Below, piece after piece: positions 1 to 9,244 of a stretch of 64,000 bases of DNA. This DNA is from a virus (Duplodnaviria; Caudoviricetes): the IMG/VR virus record IMGVR_UViG_3300032312_001225, positions 1,187 through 65,186 of that record; one strand, written 5' to 3'. The notes under the pieces are model-generated. The model was not told the DNA's origin. It saw only the letters and a program-made list of their open reading frames with translations, and did not search any database. The number at the start of each line of letters is the position of its first letter. The stretch's first letter is position 1. The position numbers and the translations under genes were made by a program.

Positions 1-19
1 CTTAGGCGACAGTGATACT

Positions 20-574
20 ATGGGTAGAGGTGTTCGTTATCACGATATGTATTCTTCTAAAATAATCAAAAATATTGACAACTATTATGTAGTAAATTTG
101 GGAATAGCAAGTGCTAGTGGTGACGCCATGACCAGAGTTGGAATACAAACCATGTTGGCACTAACCACAGCAGTAAAGCATGTGTGTACGCTTTGGCCAA
201 GTTTGTCCAACAGAGAATTTGTAAGTAAAAAGTTTACATCGGGTACCCATACAGCAAGTACACACGTTCCTTATGTTGACTGGTATGATCATATTGATTG
301 GGTAAGCAATAATTACAATTATCAAAAAAATCATATCATGTTAATGCAAGCAACACAATCGTTTGGGGCACAGTACCACGAACTTATAGTAAATAGATAC
401 GATAAGAATTCAAACATAAGTTATCAAACGGTAAGATCACCTGCAACAGAAAACGCAAAAGAAACAGAATTTACAGAATTTACCCCTGAGTCGCATACTG
501 CTATAGCCAACTATTTTTTACGTAAAATTAACAATCAACCCAGTTTATTTGAACAACTAAAAACGCAGTCGTAG
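20..574 (+). CDS. hypothetical protein (possibly 5'-truncated, weak SGNH-like resemblance)
   Basis: ORF track 184 aa; 'VVNLGIASASGD' resembles the N-x-G/A block of the SGNH-like paralogues in this window; may start left of the window. Confidence 0.4.
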   Translation: MGRGVRYHDMYSSKIIKNIDNYYVVNLGIASASGDAMTRVGIQTMLALTTAVKHVCTLWPSLSNREFVSKKFTSGTHTASTHVPYVDWYDHIDWVSNNYNYQKNHIMLMQATQSFGAQYHELIVNRYDKNSNISYQTVRSPATENAKETEFTEFTPESHTAIANYFLRKINNQPSLFEQLKTQS

Positions 575-637
575 TTTAACCCGGTAAAACACAGCACCCC
601 GCTGAGAAGAAGGTTCGAAGCCTGCCCGACTGCTCCA
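565..637 (+). tRNA. aberrant tRNA-Gly-like element with a 5-nt anticodon loop (ACCCC)
   Basis: Perfect acceptor GCAGTCG/CGACTGC, U73, encoded CCA; D-arm GTTT..AAAC; T-loop TTCGAAG; anticodon arm only CAGC-ACCCC-GCTG; overlaps the stop codon of the upstream ORF. Confidence 0.65.
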
Positions 638-643
638 AACTCG

Positions 644-650
644 ATAAATA
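644..650 (+). promoter_or_regulatory. T4-late-like promoter ATAAATA
   Basis: ATAAATA 5 nt upstream of the ATG at 656; the same motif precedes several other genes. Confidence 0.6.
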
Positions 651-655
651 ATACT

Positions 656-1030
656 ATGAAGATTACAGAGATTATCCAAGAAGGTCAAGTAAAAACAGGT
701 CGCGAAAAATTGCGTCCCAGTGCCAAACGTTCTATCCCAAATTTAAAAACCTGGGACGAACTGGACAACAACAACAATGCTTACGGTGCTTACCGTTACG
801 GCATTGCGTTGGCCGGTGCACCCGACCTTCCGTTGAAACCGTATGGTCCAATTGGTGGAAGATTCACCACCATTGGTTATAGCGATGCTGACAATGACAA
901 AATACGAGCCGCACAGAATTACCTGGGTATAACACCCGAACAACAATCCGGTGACGGATCATTTGAAACAGACTTGATCAACATCAAGAGCCCGGTCAAG
1001 TCCCGCCCACCAATACGTAAACCAAAATGA
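656..1030 (+). CDS. hypothetical protein, putative capsid-internal protein (paralogue of 1027-1374)
   Basis: Begins MKITEIIQEG; collinear similarity to the next ORF (AYRYG/AYRFG, GPIG, INxxSPV). Confidence 0.6.
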   Translation: MKITEIIQEGQVKTGREKLRPSAKRSIPNLKTWDELDNNNNAYGAYRYGIALAGAPDLPLKPYGPIGGRFTTIGYSDADNDKIRAAQNYLGITPEQQSGDGSFETDLINIKSPVKSRPPIRKPK

Positions 1031-1374
1031 AAATCACAGAAATTGTTCAAGAAGGTAAATTTCGTAAATCTGCTGAGAACGCAATTCCTGATCTAGCCAG
1101 TTGGCCAGAAACCTACAACAATCCATATTCTGCTTATAGATTTGGTCTTAGCATGGCAGCACAACCACATCGCGACTCAGATACAGAAGGACCAATTGGA
1201 CCAGAAATGGTCACAGTAGCATACACTGATGCTGAACGTGAGATAATCCAAGGAGCTGCTAAAAACATGGGTTACACCAGTAGAAACAACACTGGCAAAG
1301 AATCAACTGAATTGGACAGTATCAATCATCAAAGCCCTGTGTCAGCACGTGGACCTATCCGTAAACTAAAATGA
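1027..1374 (+). CDS. hypothetical protein, putative capsid-internal protein (paralogue of 656-1030)
   Basis: Begins MKITEIVQEG; ATGA overlap with the previous gene. Confidence 0.6.
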   Translation: MKITEIVQEGKFRKSAENAIPDLASWPETYNNPYSAYRFGLSMAAQPHRDSDTEGPIGPEMVTVAYTDAEREIIQGAAKNMGYTSRNNTGKESTELDSINHQSPVSARGPIRKLK

Positions 1375-1766
1375 AACAGTATCGTATAACACAAGCAGAT
1401 TTTGTATTGCCCGGTGAGTCTGGAGAATCCGATGCGGTTATGGACACTACAGACTTAGCAGAAATCAAACGTTTGGCAGGTATCACAGGTCTATTAGAAG
1501 CTGGTGCTGGCATGTACACAGGACACAACACAGTACCACAAGCCGCTGAAACAGGCATACAAAGTCCTGTGGGTAGCAATATCAGTTATACAGCCAAAGA
1601 ACGCAACGACCTATTAAAAGAATATCATGTGATGCCTGGAACTGATCTATGGTTCCTGATCAATTTTAGTTTGCCTTACATGACAGGCAGTTTGCGAGAC
1701 AAAGTAGAAGAATATTTAGACAAGCATCCTGAATATCGCCCACGCAGTTTCCCCAACAACAACTAA
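1371..1766 (+). CDS. hypothetical protein
   Basis: 131-aa ORF, ATGA-coupled; contains DLAEIKRLAGI, similar to the C-terminus of 3878-5347. Confidence 0.6.
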   Translation: MKQYRITQADFVLPGESGESDAVMDTTDLAEIKRLAGITGLLEAGAGMYTGHNTVPQAAETGIQSPVGSNISYTAKERNDLLKEYHVMPGTDLWFLINFSLPYMTGSLRDKVEEYLDKHPEYRPRSFPNNN

Positions 1767-2290
1767 GCCACTTGCTTATCTAATCCCAAGTATTGATTCC
1801 ACGACGTCTGTTTGACTGTGAACGGCATCTTCTTCCACTGATTGACAAGACTGTAGTAATCAGGACGATACGGTTTGGTCTTGGGCAACAACAAATGACT
1901 GCCCTTGGCATGATTACAAGTTTTGCAACTGGTAACACAGTTTTCCCATACAGTTTTGCCACCTAGGCTACGAGGCGTCACATGATCAATGGTTAAATCT
2001 TCGTAGTCAAACACATCGTCACAATACTGGCACTTGAATAGATCTCGCATGTAAAGATTATATCTGCTAAATTTAACTGCCTGTTTGTAGTGAAAGTAGT
2101 CTCGGGTCACACAAACACTGGGCACATTCAGGGCCAAGCGTTCGCTGTGTACTATCCAATTGGGATAGGTTTCCAGCACATGAACACGACCCAGATACAT
2201 GAGTTTGATTGCGTGTTGCCAATTGATAACACTTAGGGGTAGCACACTTATTGGTTGGTAATTTTGATTGAGTAACAATGTATCTGACAT
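1763..2290 (-). CDS. HNH endonuclease
   Basis: CQYC...TIDHVTPRSLGGKTVWENCVTSCKTCNHAKG. Confidence 0.9.
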   Translation of the reverse strand: MSDTLLLNQNYQPISVLPLSVINWQHAIKLMYLGRVHVLETYPNWIVHSERLALNVPSVCVTRDYFHYKQAVKFSRYNLYMRDLFKCQYCDDVFDYEDLTIDHVTPRSLGGKTVWENCVTSCKTCNHAKGSHLLLPKTKPYRPDYYSLVNQWKKMPFTVKQTSWNQYLGLDKQVA

Positions 2291-2303
2291 TAAATATACT
2301 TAT

Positions 2304-3866
2304 ATGAGTAAAGAGTTAGAGACTGCAATTATCAAGGCACCGTACAAACGGATGTCTTATACTGAGCAACAGATCTTAGAGTTAGCCCGCTGTGCTGATC
2401 CTGTAACAGGCCCAGATTACTTTATGAAGAACTATTTCTTTATACAGCACCCCACCCGCGGCGCCATACAATATCATCCTTTTGAATATCAAGAACGATT
2501 AATTAATTCTTATCATCATTATAGATTCAGTATCAGCCTAATGCCAAGACAAACGGGCAAATCAACCACTGCCGCCGGATACTTGTTGTGGTATGCTATG
2601 TTTGTGCCAGACACAACCATTCTAGTGGCTGCTCACAAGTACTTGGGTGCCCAAGAGATCATGCAACGTGTTCGTTATGCTTATGAAAACTGTCCGGATC
2701 ATATTAGAGCAGGTGTAACCAGTTACAACAAAGGTAGTTTGGACTTTGAAAACGGTAGTCGCATAGTAAGTCAAACCACAACAGAAAACACCGGACGAGG
2801 TATGAGTATATCATTGTTATATTGTGATGAGTTTGCCTTCGTTCGCCCTACCATTGCCACAGACTTTTGGACTTCCATTACTCCTACACTGGCCACTGGT
2901 GGTAAATGTATTATCACATCAACACCCAACTCAGACGAAGATCAATTTGCACAAATTTGGCGAGGAGCCAACAAGTGCATAGACATCAATGGCAATGAAA
3001 CAGAAGTGGGTGTCAACGGATTTAAAGCATTCCGTAGCAAATGGGAAGAACATCCTGAACGAGATGAAGCCTGGGCTGCAAACATGCGAGCACAGCTGGG
3101 CGAAGAACGTTTCCGTCGTGAGATGGAATGTGAATTTATTATCTTTGATGAAACCCTAATCAATCCCTTACACTTGGCCGAGATGTCGGGCATTGATCCG
3201 TTTGAGCGCCAGGGACAGGTGCGTTGGTATAAAAAGCCTGAACGAGATCACACTTACTTTGTGGCACTTGATCCCAGCCTAGGCACTGGAGGAGATCCAG
3301 CAGCCATGCAAGTGTTTGAAATGCCTGGTCTCAAACAGGTAGCCGAATGGCGCGACAACAAAACTCCTATACAACGTCAAGTGCGTATCTTGCAAGAACT
3401 TTGCCAGTACATATCTGATGCCACTGGATCTCCAAACAATGTTTATTATAGTGTAGAAAATAATACCTTAGGCGAAGCTGCACTGGTGGTAATTGAAGAA
3501 ATTGGAGAAGAAAACATGCGTGGGGTATTCCTAAGTGAATCGGCCCGGGCAGGCAATGTACGCAGATTTCGCAAGGGATTTAATACCACAAACAAATCAA
3601 AATTAACTGCCTGTAGCAAACTCAAAAGTTTGATAGAAACTCGCAGAATGATCATAGCCAGTAAAGCCTTGATTTCAGAATTGAAAACCTTTGTTGCACA
3701 CGGCAATAGTTTTGCAGCCAAGATAGGCGAAACCGATGACTTGGTTATGGCAACGCTGTTGGCTCTACGCATGATGCAAACACTACAAAACTATGATGCC
3801 AATTTGGATGCAGAAATCAAAGACTCCGGCGAATTTATTGAACCTATGCCGTTTATAATGATCTGA
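2304..3866 (+). CDS. terL: terminase large subunit (T4 gp17-like)
   Basis: Walker A MPRQTGKSTT, Walker B LYCDEFAF, TSTP coupling motif, nuclease ALDPS...DDLVMA; start placed at ATG 2304 behind TTAAATA (2290-2296); ORF track start is 2268. Confidence 0.95.
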   Translation: MSKELETAIIKAPYKRMSYTEQQILELARCADPVTGPDYFMKNYFFIQHPTRGAIQYHPFEYQERLINSYHHYRFSISLMPRQTGKSTTAAGYLLWYAMFVPDTTILVAAHKYLGAQEIMQRVRYAYENCPDHIRAGVTSYNKGSLDFENGSRIVSQTTTENTGRGMSISLLYCDEFAFVRPTIATDFWTSITPTLATGGKCIITSTPNSDEDQFAQIWRGANKCIDINGNETEVGVNGFKAFRSKWEEHPERDEAWAANMRAQLGEERFRREMECEFIIFDETLINPLHLAEMSGIDPFERQGQVRWYKKPERDHTYFVALDPSLGTGGDPAAMQVFEMPGLKQVAEWRDNKTPIQRQVRILQELCQYISDATGSPNNVYYSVENNTLGEAALVVIEEIGEENMRGVFLSESARAGNVRRFRKGFNTTNKSKLTACSKLKSLIETRRMIIASKALISELKTFVAHGNSFAAKIGETDDLVMATLLALRMMQTLQNYDANLDAEIKDSGEFIEPMPFIMI

Positions 3867-3872
3867 TAAATA
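3866..3872 (+). promoter_or_regulatory. T4-late-like promoter ATAAATA
   Basis: ATAAATA 5 nt upstream of the ATG at 3878. Confidence 0.55.
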
Positions 3873-3877
3873 TAACT

Positions 3878-5347
3878 ATGAAAGAAATTGAATCAATCTC
3901 CTCTGCACTATTTGACAAAATTCGCTCACGCTTCAGCAATGTAACGCTGGGCGACGAAAAAGCCAAGGCTAGCTCAGACCCTTCTAAGGCTCGTTTTTTT
4001 AACTTTACCTATACCGGCGAAGATGGTGCAGAATTTGGAACAGTGACTATTAGTCTTATTGATGAAACCACACTAAAAGTATATTTTGGACAGAATATCT
4101 CAGGCGAGATGGATCGCGAACAACGCAAAGAATGGTACACATTCTTACGTGGCCTACGCAAGTTTGCCAAGCGTAACTTGCTGACATTTGATACACGTGA
4201 CATCAACAAGAGCAACTTGGATCTCAAAGACGTTAAACAACAAAGCAAAGCCGATGACACATTCTCAAGTAAGGATGTTGCAGTAACAGAAAGTAGACTA
4301 TACGGCACACCGGGTCGCCCGTATAACAGCTTTGCTGACAAAGGCGCTACTAAAATTTTAATTCGTCACAAAGACAAAGTAAACGATGACATACATGGTG
4401 CCCGCTCAAGACGCATACAAGAAATCTTTTTAGAAACCGAACGCGGCGAACGCTTTTTATTAAATCATACAAATTTGCATGGTGCCTACGCCATGGCCGA
4501 ACACCTAAATGCTGGCGGCACCATGCACGATGAAATAGCCGAACACATCAACAGTATTGTAAAAGAAATGGCCGACATGCGTCATTTTGTTCGTAGTACC
4601 AAACATCGTCAGTTTGAAGATGCTGAAACAGCCAACATGACTCGTAGTGCTGTACATCACTATGACCAACAAAGAAGAACTTTACGTCGTATGCGTGGAG
4701 CACGTGGCTATCGTAGTTATTTTGAAAATTGGCAAGCAGATAATACCATCATTGAAGATGACGTGGATGTAGATGCCCTGCGTGAACGTTTTGTTAAGAA
4801 GGTCTACGATGATCGTTTTACCGAAGCACTTCCTATTGTATTCAAAGCCTACAAAAAATACAAGTCAGAATCAGCCGAACAGTTGGGTGCTGAATTGGAA
4901 GAGTGGGCCGACACAGTCACAGAAGGCACTTGGGCCACTCCCGATAACAAAGATAAAGTTTTGGCATTAAAAGCATTGTTGCAGTCCAGTGTGCCTGTTG
5001 GCATAGACGGAGTTGATGCAGTAGCTTCATTGGAACTGCTGATTGGTGATGATGATCTACACGATGCCATATATCATTTGGCAGATAGTCAAGGGCCCGA
5101 TGCTGATGCAAGACCCTTGATCAAAACCTGGATCAACGACAACATGCCTGCATTGTTAAATCAAATTGAATTTGGTCGCAACAACGCAGATGACGCACAA
5201 ACATCTCAAACATTGCCAGTAAGTCCAAGCCAATCTGATCCACAAGATCAATACGGATCACAACCTGATCATCCAAATGTCAACAACATGACCATGGAAA
5301 ACACTGACCTAGATTTTATTCGCAGTCTAGCAGGAATTCGTAAATAA
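3878..5347 (+). CDS. hypothetical protein, possibly head-morphogenesis/scaffold related
   Basis: 489-aa acidic ORF directly after terL with a late-type promoter; ends DLDFIRSLAGIRK. Confidence 0.55.
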   Translation: MKEIESISSALFDKIRSRFSNVTLGDEKAKASSDPSKARFFNFTYTGEDGAEFGTVTISLIDETTLKVYFGQNISGEMDREQRKEWYTFLRGLRKFAKRNLLTFDTRDINKSNLDLKDVKQQSKADDTFSSKDVAVTESRLYGTPGRPYNSFADKGATKILIRHKDKVNDDIHGARSRRIQEIFLETERGERFLLNHTNLHGAYAMAEHLNAGGTMHDEIAEHINSIVKEMADMRHFVRSTKHRQFEDAETANMTRSAVHHYDQQRRTLRRMRGARGYRSYFENWQADNTIIEDDVDVDALRERFVKKVYDDRFTEALPIVFKAYKKYKSESAEQLGAELEEWADTVTEGTWATPDNKDKVLALKALLQSSVPVGIDGVDAVASLELLIGDDDLHDAIYHLADSQGPDADARPLIKTWINDNMPALLNQIEFGRNNADDAQTSQTLPVSPSQSDPQDQYGSQPDHPNVNNMTMENTDLDFIRSLAGIRK

Positions 5348-5369
5348 CTTATTAAACAAGTTATCCAAA

Positions 5370-6398
5370 ATGCAAATTATCAAAGATACCAACGGGTTTC
5401 CCTATGCATGGAAAGCCGGCCGAGTTGAACAATTAATACGTAACATACTAGAAAACAAAGCACAACAACAGCTTGGCTGTGAACGTGTGATGTTTATCAA
5501 TCCTACCTGGCTACACGAAAACGACATAGCCAAAAAAATTGAAGCAGCCAACCCTGATTTTATTATCTGTCATAATTTTGTAGATCCTGCTGTGCCAAGA
5601 ATATTTAGAACCATTGAGCAATCAGGTCGTCCTTATCTTATCTTGGGCAATGCTGATCAATATCGCCTGGACTTTTGGGCCATGGTATGCGATTTGTATT
5701 TTCAAAACTACGAAGAATATCATGTGCCTGTTATGGATACTGCACGTAAGTTTATATGCTTGAATCGTAAACCACATCCGCACAGAGTATCGCTTGTGAA
5801 CGAATTGCTAGCAGCCGGTTTGCAAGAACAAGGATTTGTGAGCTTGGGCTTGCCTGGAGATCGTGCCATAGTGCTAGATGAAACATTTGATGGCGCCCAA
5901 GGTATCCATGACGAATACGGACAACTTGGCGCCGACGAAACTTGGGTCAGTCATAAAATACGCAACGATATTTTTAGCCTAGGTGACATGAATATATGGC
6001 AGAACAGTTTGTTGTGTCTAGTTACAGAAACAGAATTTAATAACCGTTATCCTAAGAATTTTTTTGCCAGTGAAAAAACATTCAAACCCATACTTGGCAT
6101 GCGACCATTTTTTGTCTACGGTCAGGCACCCTTGCGTGAACATCTCAAACAGCAAGGATTTGATGTGTTTGATGATGTGTTCAATTATGCCACCATTGAT
6201 GAAAGCACCGGAGATCCACGTAGGCAGTGGCAGTATGCTCAAGTGGCCATTGCTGCCATAAATGCAGTTGGTAATCCTGCTCATGAATATCAACAAAAAT
6301 ACTTTGGTCGTTGCCAATACAATAAAAATCATTTTAGAAACTATGCATACAATCAGTGGAAAAGATTGTATGACTTAGATTTAACCAACTATGTTTAA
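5370..6398 (+). CDS. putative glycosyltransferase (GT10/fucosyltransferase-like C-terminal motif)
   Basis: KFICLNRKPHPHR and LVTETE...SEKTFKPILGMRPF...GFDVF; shared with 7152-8126 and 30303-31382. Confidence 0.5.
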   Translation: MQIIKDTNGFPYAWKAGRVEQLIRNILENKAQQQLGCERVMFINPTWLHENDIAKKIEAANPDFIICHNFVDPAVPRIFRTIEQSGRPYLILGNADQYRLDFWAMVCDLYFQNYEEYHVPVMDTARKFICLNRKPHPHRVSLVNELLAAGLQEQGFVSLGLPGDRAIVLDETFDGAQGIHDEYGQLGADETWVSHKIRNDIFSLGDMNIWQNSLLCLVTETEFNNRYPKNFFASEKTFKPILGMRPFFVYGQAPLREHLKQQGFDVFDDVFNYATIDESTGDPRRQWQYAQVAIAAINAVGNPAHEYQQKYFGRCQYNKNHFRNYAYNQWKRLYDLDLTNYV

Positions 6399-7155
6399 CA
6401 CTATAGTTGATATTCCCAAATGGTCTCAAGTCAATAATCCGTATCATTATCGTTGTGTCAACAGCGAACAACTACTTATAACTGTGGGTGACAGTTGGAC
6501 CTATGGCGATAGCCTGGGACAAACACAAGTGCGTGATGGTCGCGATGATCCAGAACATAGACTGTCTCATGTGTACGGTAGTTTGATAGCAGAAGAACTC
6601 AAAGCAGATTGGATCAATCTGGCCTTGCCAGGTATTAGTAATCATATGATGTGCAACTGGTTGGCACAACTGTTGTCAAGGCATGTACATGGCAAAAATA
6701 CTGTGTGTGTTATTACCTTAACAGAATCAGGACGTCACGAAGAAATAAATTGGTTAAAACCAGACCTAAACATATTACACAACAATTTGATTGCAATGGT
6801 GGATCGCACTTATAATGACATTGAACAATTGGCAAAAAAATATCCCAGTATAAAATTTGTTGTAGCACACAACTTTACCGACGGCCGCCCAACAAAATTA
6901 AACATGTGTGATCGTAATTGGCTAGAAGTTATGACCAATTCCCATATACAAAATAACACGCATATAGTAGTCAGTGAGCATATTGAACAATTAAACTATC
7001 ATTACACTTACCCAGACACTTTATCAGTAATTGACCAAGCATTGGCCAGAGTTGAAATTTTAGACTCTTGTAAATACACTTACAAACAAGACAGTCGTCA
7101 CCCCACAGAGTATGGTCATGAGCTTTGGGCCAACTACTTGCTGAGTCAGATATGA
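6391..7155 (+). CDS. SGNH/GDSL hydrolase-like protein
   Basis: GDSWTYG (block I), NLALPGISN (block II), DSRHPTEYGHELWA (DxxHP, block V). Confidence 0.75.
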   Translation: MFNTIVDIPKWSQVNNPYHYRCVNSEQLLITVGDSWTYGDSLGQTQVRDGRDDPEHRLSHVYGSLIAEELKADWINLALPGISNHMMCNWLAQLLSRHVHGKNTVCVITLTESGRHEEINWLKPDLNILHNNLIAMVDRTYNDIEQLAKKYPSIKFVVAHNFTDGRPTKLNMCDRNWLEVMTNSHIQNNTHIVVSEHIEQLNYHYTYPDTLSVIDQALARVEILDSCKYTYKQDSRHPTEYGHELWANYLLSQI

Positions 7156-8126
7156 TGGAACAAGCAGTTACCATAACAGACACAGACATTGTAATCCTTG
7201 GACAATTTTTTGTACACAAGGATTATTCCATAACCAGAAAAGACATACTGTTGGATATTTTAGGCAAACAGTACGCAGGACAACAGATCCTAATTAGATT
7301 ATGGGACGGAGAAAATTTTGATTTTAGTGGGTTTGATCACTATGTAAAATTTTTGTGCGACACAGTTCAAATACCATATACCAACATCACAATAGAAACA
7401 CATAATCCTTCGCCCAGCAGCAATTTTAAAACCAATTGTTTGTCATTGGGTATTTTTGTCAGTGTTAATCAATACTTGCCCAGAGATATTAATCGAGATA
7501 TCAGTAACGCAAAGTTTGTAGGCAGCTTGCTTGGTCGGTACAATTTAAATAGATTTCGTTTGGCCTATGAATTAGACCAAGCCTTTCCCAATGATACTTA
7601 CATAACATTTCAGCCTAAAGTTTCGTTTATCCAAGATTCATTAAAACATTTTAGTAGTCAGTATGATAAAGAATTGACTTGGCTCAAACAAAAAACATTT
7701 GATCAAGATTTAAACAGTACTCATTTTATGGGCATGATTGATTGGTATGATGCTTGTCGCAACTATAACAATGTGTGGAACCAATATCAAATTGAAATTG
7801 TAAGCGAAACAGACAGCATCAGTGATTTTTGGTTTACCGAAAAGACTGCCAATTGTTTAGCAACCGGGAAACCGTTTGTGCTAGTTGGCGGCGAAGGCAG
7901 TTTGGCTAGACTGCGAGATATGGGATTCCAAACATTTGATTCCATAATAGATGAATCATATGATTTAGCCAAACATCCATATGATCGAATAAAGAGGTTG
8001 ATTTCTAGCCTACAAGTATTGTATAATAGTTCTAGTAGACAACAACAAATGGACAGCTTGTATCAATTGGCATCCAAAAATTGTGAGCTCTACAACAAAT
8101 ATATCCAAACTGTAAAAAAGTCTTAA
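7152..8126 (+). CDS. putative glycosyltransferase (GT10-like motif)
   Basis: IVSETD...FTEKTANCLATGKPFVLVG...GFQTFDSIIDESYD; start at ATGA overlap (ORF track 7125). Confidence 0.5.
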   Translation: MMEQAVTITDTDIVILGQFFVHKDYSITRKDILLDILGKQYAGQQILIRLWDGENFDFSGFDHYVKFLCDTVQIPYTNITIETHNPSPSSNFKTNCLSLGIFVSVNQYLPRDINRDISNAKFVGSLLGRYNLNRFRLAYELDQAFPNDTYITFQPKVSFIQDSLKHFSSQYDKELTWLKQKTFDQDLNSTHFMGMIDWYDACRNYNNVWNQYQIEIVSETDSISDFWFTEKTANCLATGKPFVLVGGEGSLARLRDMGFQTFDSIIDESYDLAKHPYDRIKRLISSLQVLYNSSSRQQQMDSLYQLASKNCELYNKYIQTVKKS

Positions 8127-8133
8127 AAAACAT

Positions 8134-8163
8134 TTGACAGGACTAAATATATTAGCATATACT
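8134..8163 (+). promoter_or_regulatory. sigma70-like promoter
   Basis: TTGACA-18-TATACT upstream of gp32. Confidence 0.6.
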
Positions 8164-8227
8164 GTGGTATGTGCAACATGGCAAAGCAGTAAAAATATTA
8201 TGGCACATTTTATAAAAGGAAATTATC

Positions 8228-9202
8228 ATGGCTACAACATTAGCAGAAATCAGAGCAAAGCTCCAAGCATCAGAAGGCGGTAAAGGCGGTAACAAACAAT
8301 CAGGTGGCGACAACGCTATCTATCCACACTGGAACATTGCAGAAGGTTCCACAACACGCATTAGATTCCTACCAGACGGCAATACCAAGAACAGCTTCTT
8401 TTGGGCTGAACGTGCAATGATCCGTTTATCATTTGCTGGCGTAAAAGGTCAAGCAGATAGTAAACCAGTTGTAGTTCAAGTTCCATGTATGGAAATGTAT
8501 GGCGAAGCTTGCCCAATTTTAGCTGAGGTACGTCCTTGGTTTAAAGATCCTAGCCTAGAGGAAATGGGTCGTAAGTACTGGAAGAAAAAATCTTATGTGT
8601 TCCAAGGCTTTGTGCGTGAGAACGCACTGAGTGACGACAAGGTTCCAGCCAACCCAATCCGTCGCTTTACAATTAGCCCACAGATTTTTAACATCATCAA
8701 AGCTGCACTGATGGATCCAGAAATGGAAGAATTGCCAACAGACTTGCAACGTGGTTTGGATTTCCAAATCGTTAAAACAAGCAAAGGTGGCTATGCAGAC
8801 TACTCAACTTCAAAGTGGTCACGCAAAGAGTCAGCGTTGACAGCAGAAGAACAAGCGGCCATTGATGAGCATGGCTTGTTTAATTTGTCAGACTTCTTGC
8901 CTAAGAAACCCAGCGAAGTTGAACTCAAGGTTCTTAAAGAAATGTTTGAAGCATCAGTAGACGGCCAACCATACGATCCAGATCGTTGGGGTGCTTACTA
9001 CAAGCCATATGGTTTAGATGTTCCTAACGCTGCTCCAGCCGCAACAAGTGCTCCGGCACCAGCCGTAGTGGCAGAACCAGTAGAAGAAGATGATGTACCT
9101 GCTCCAACTGCACCAGTAGCAACTCCGGCTGCAGAAGCCAAACCATCCAGCCAACGTGCTGAAGATATTTTGGCAATGATTCGTAACCGTCAGAAACAGT
9201 AA
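8228..9202 (+). CDS. gp32: single-stranded DNA-binding protein (T4 gp32-like)
   Basis: MATTLAEIRAKL, IRFLPDGN..FFW, CPI, GLDFQIVKTSKGGYADYSTSKW, Pro/Ala/acidic tail; AAGGA RBS. Confidence 0.85.
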   Translation: MATTLAEIRAKLQASEGGKGGNKQSGGDNAIYPHWNIAEGSTTRIRFLPDGNTKNSFFWAERAMIRLSFAGVKGQADSKPVVVQVPCMEMYGEACPILAEVRPWFKDPSLEEMGRKYWKKKSYVFQGFVRENALSDDKVPANPIRRFTISPQIFNIIKAALMDPEMEELPTDLQRGLDFQIVKTSKGGYADYSTSKWSRKESALTAEEQAAIDEHGLFNLSDFLPKKPSEVELKVLKEMFEASVDGQPYDPDRWGAYYKPYGLDVPNAAPAATSAPAPAVVAEPVEEDDVPAPTAPVATPAAEAKPSSQRAEDILAMIRNRQKQ

Positions 9203-9216
9203 TATTGCTTGTGTCA

Positions 9217-9236
9217 GTGGGGGAGACGGTCCCCCA
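9217..9236 (+). terminator. GC-rich hairpin after gp32 (terminator or processing site)
   Basis: GTGGGG-AGACGGTC-CCCCAC followed by only a short T-run. Confidence 0.4.
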
Positions 9237-9244
9237 CATTTCCC

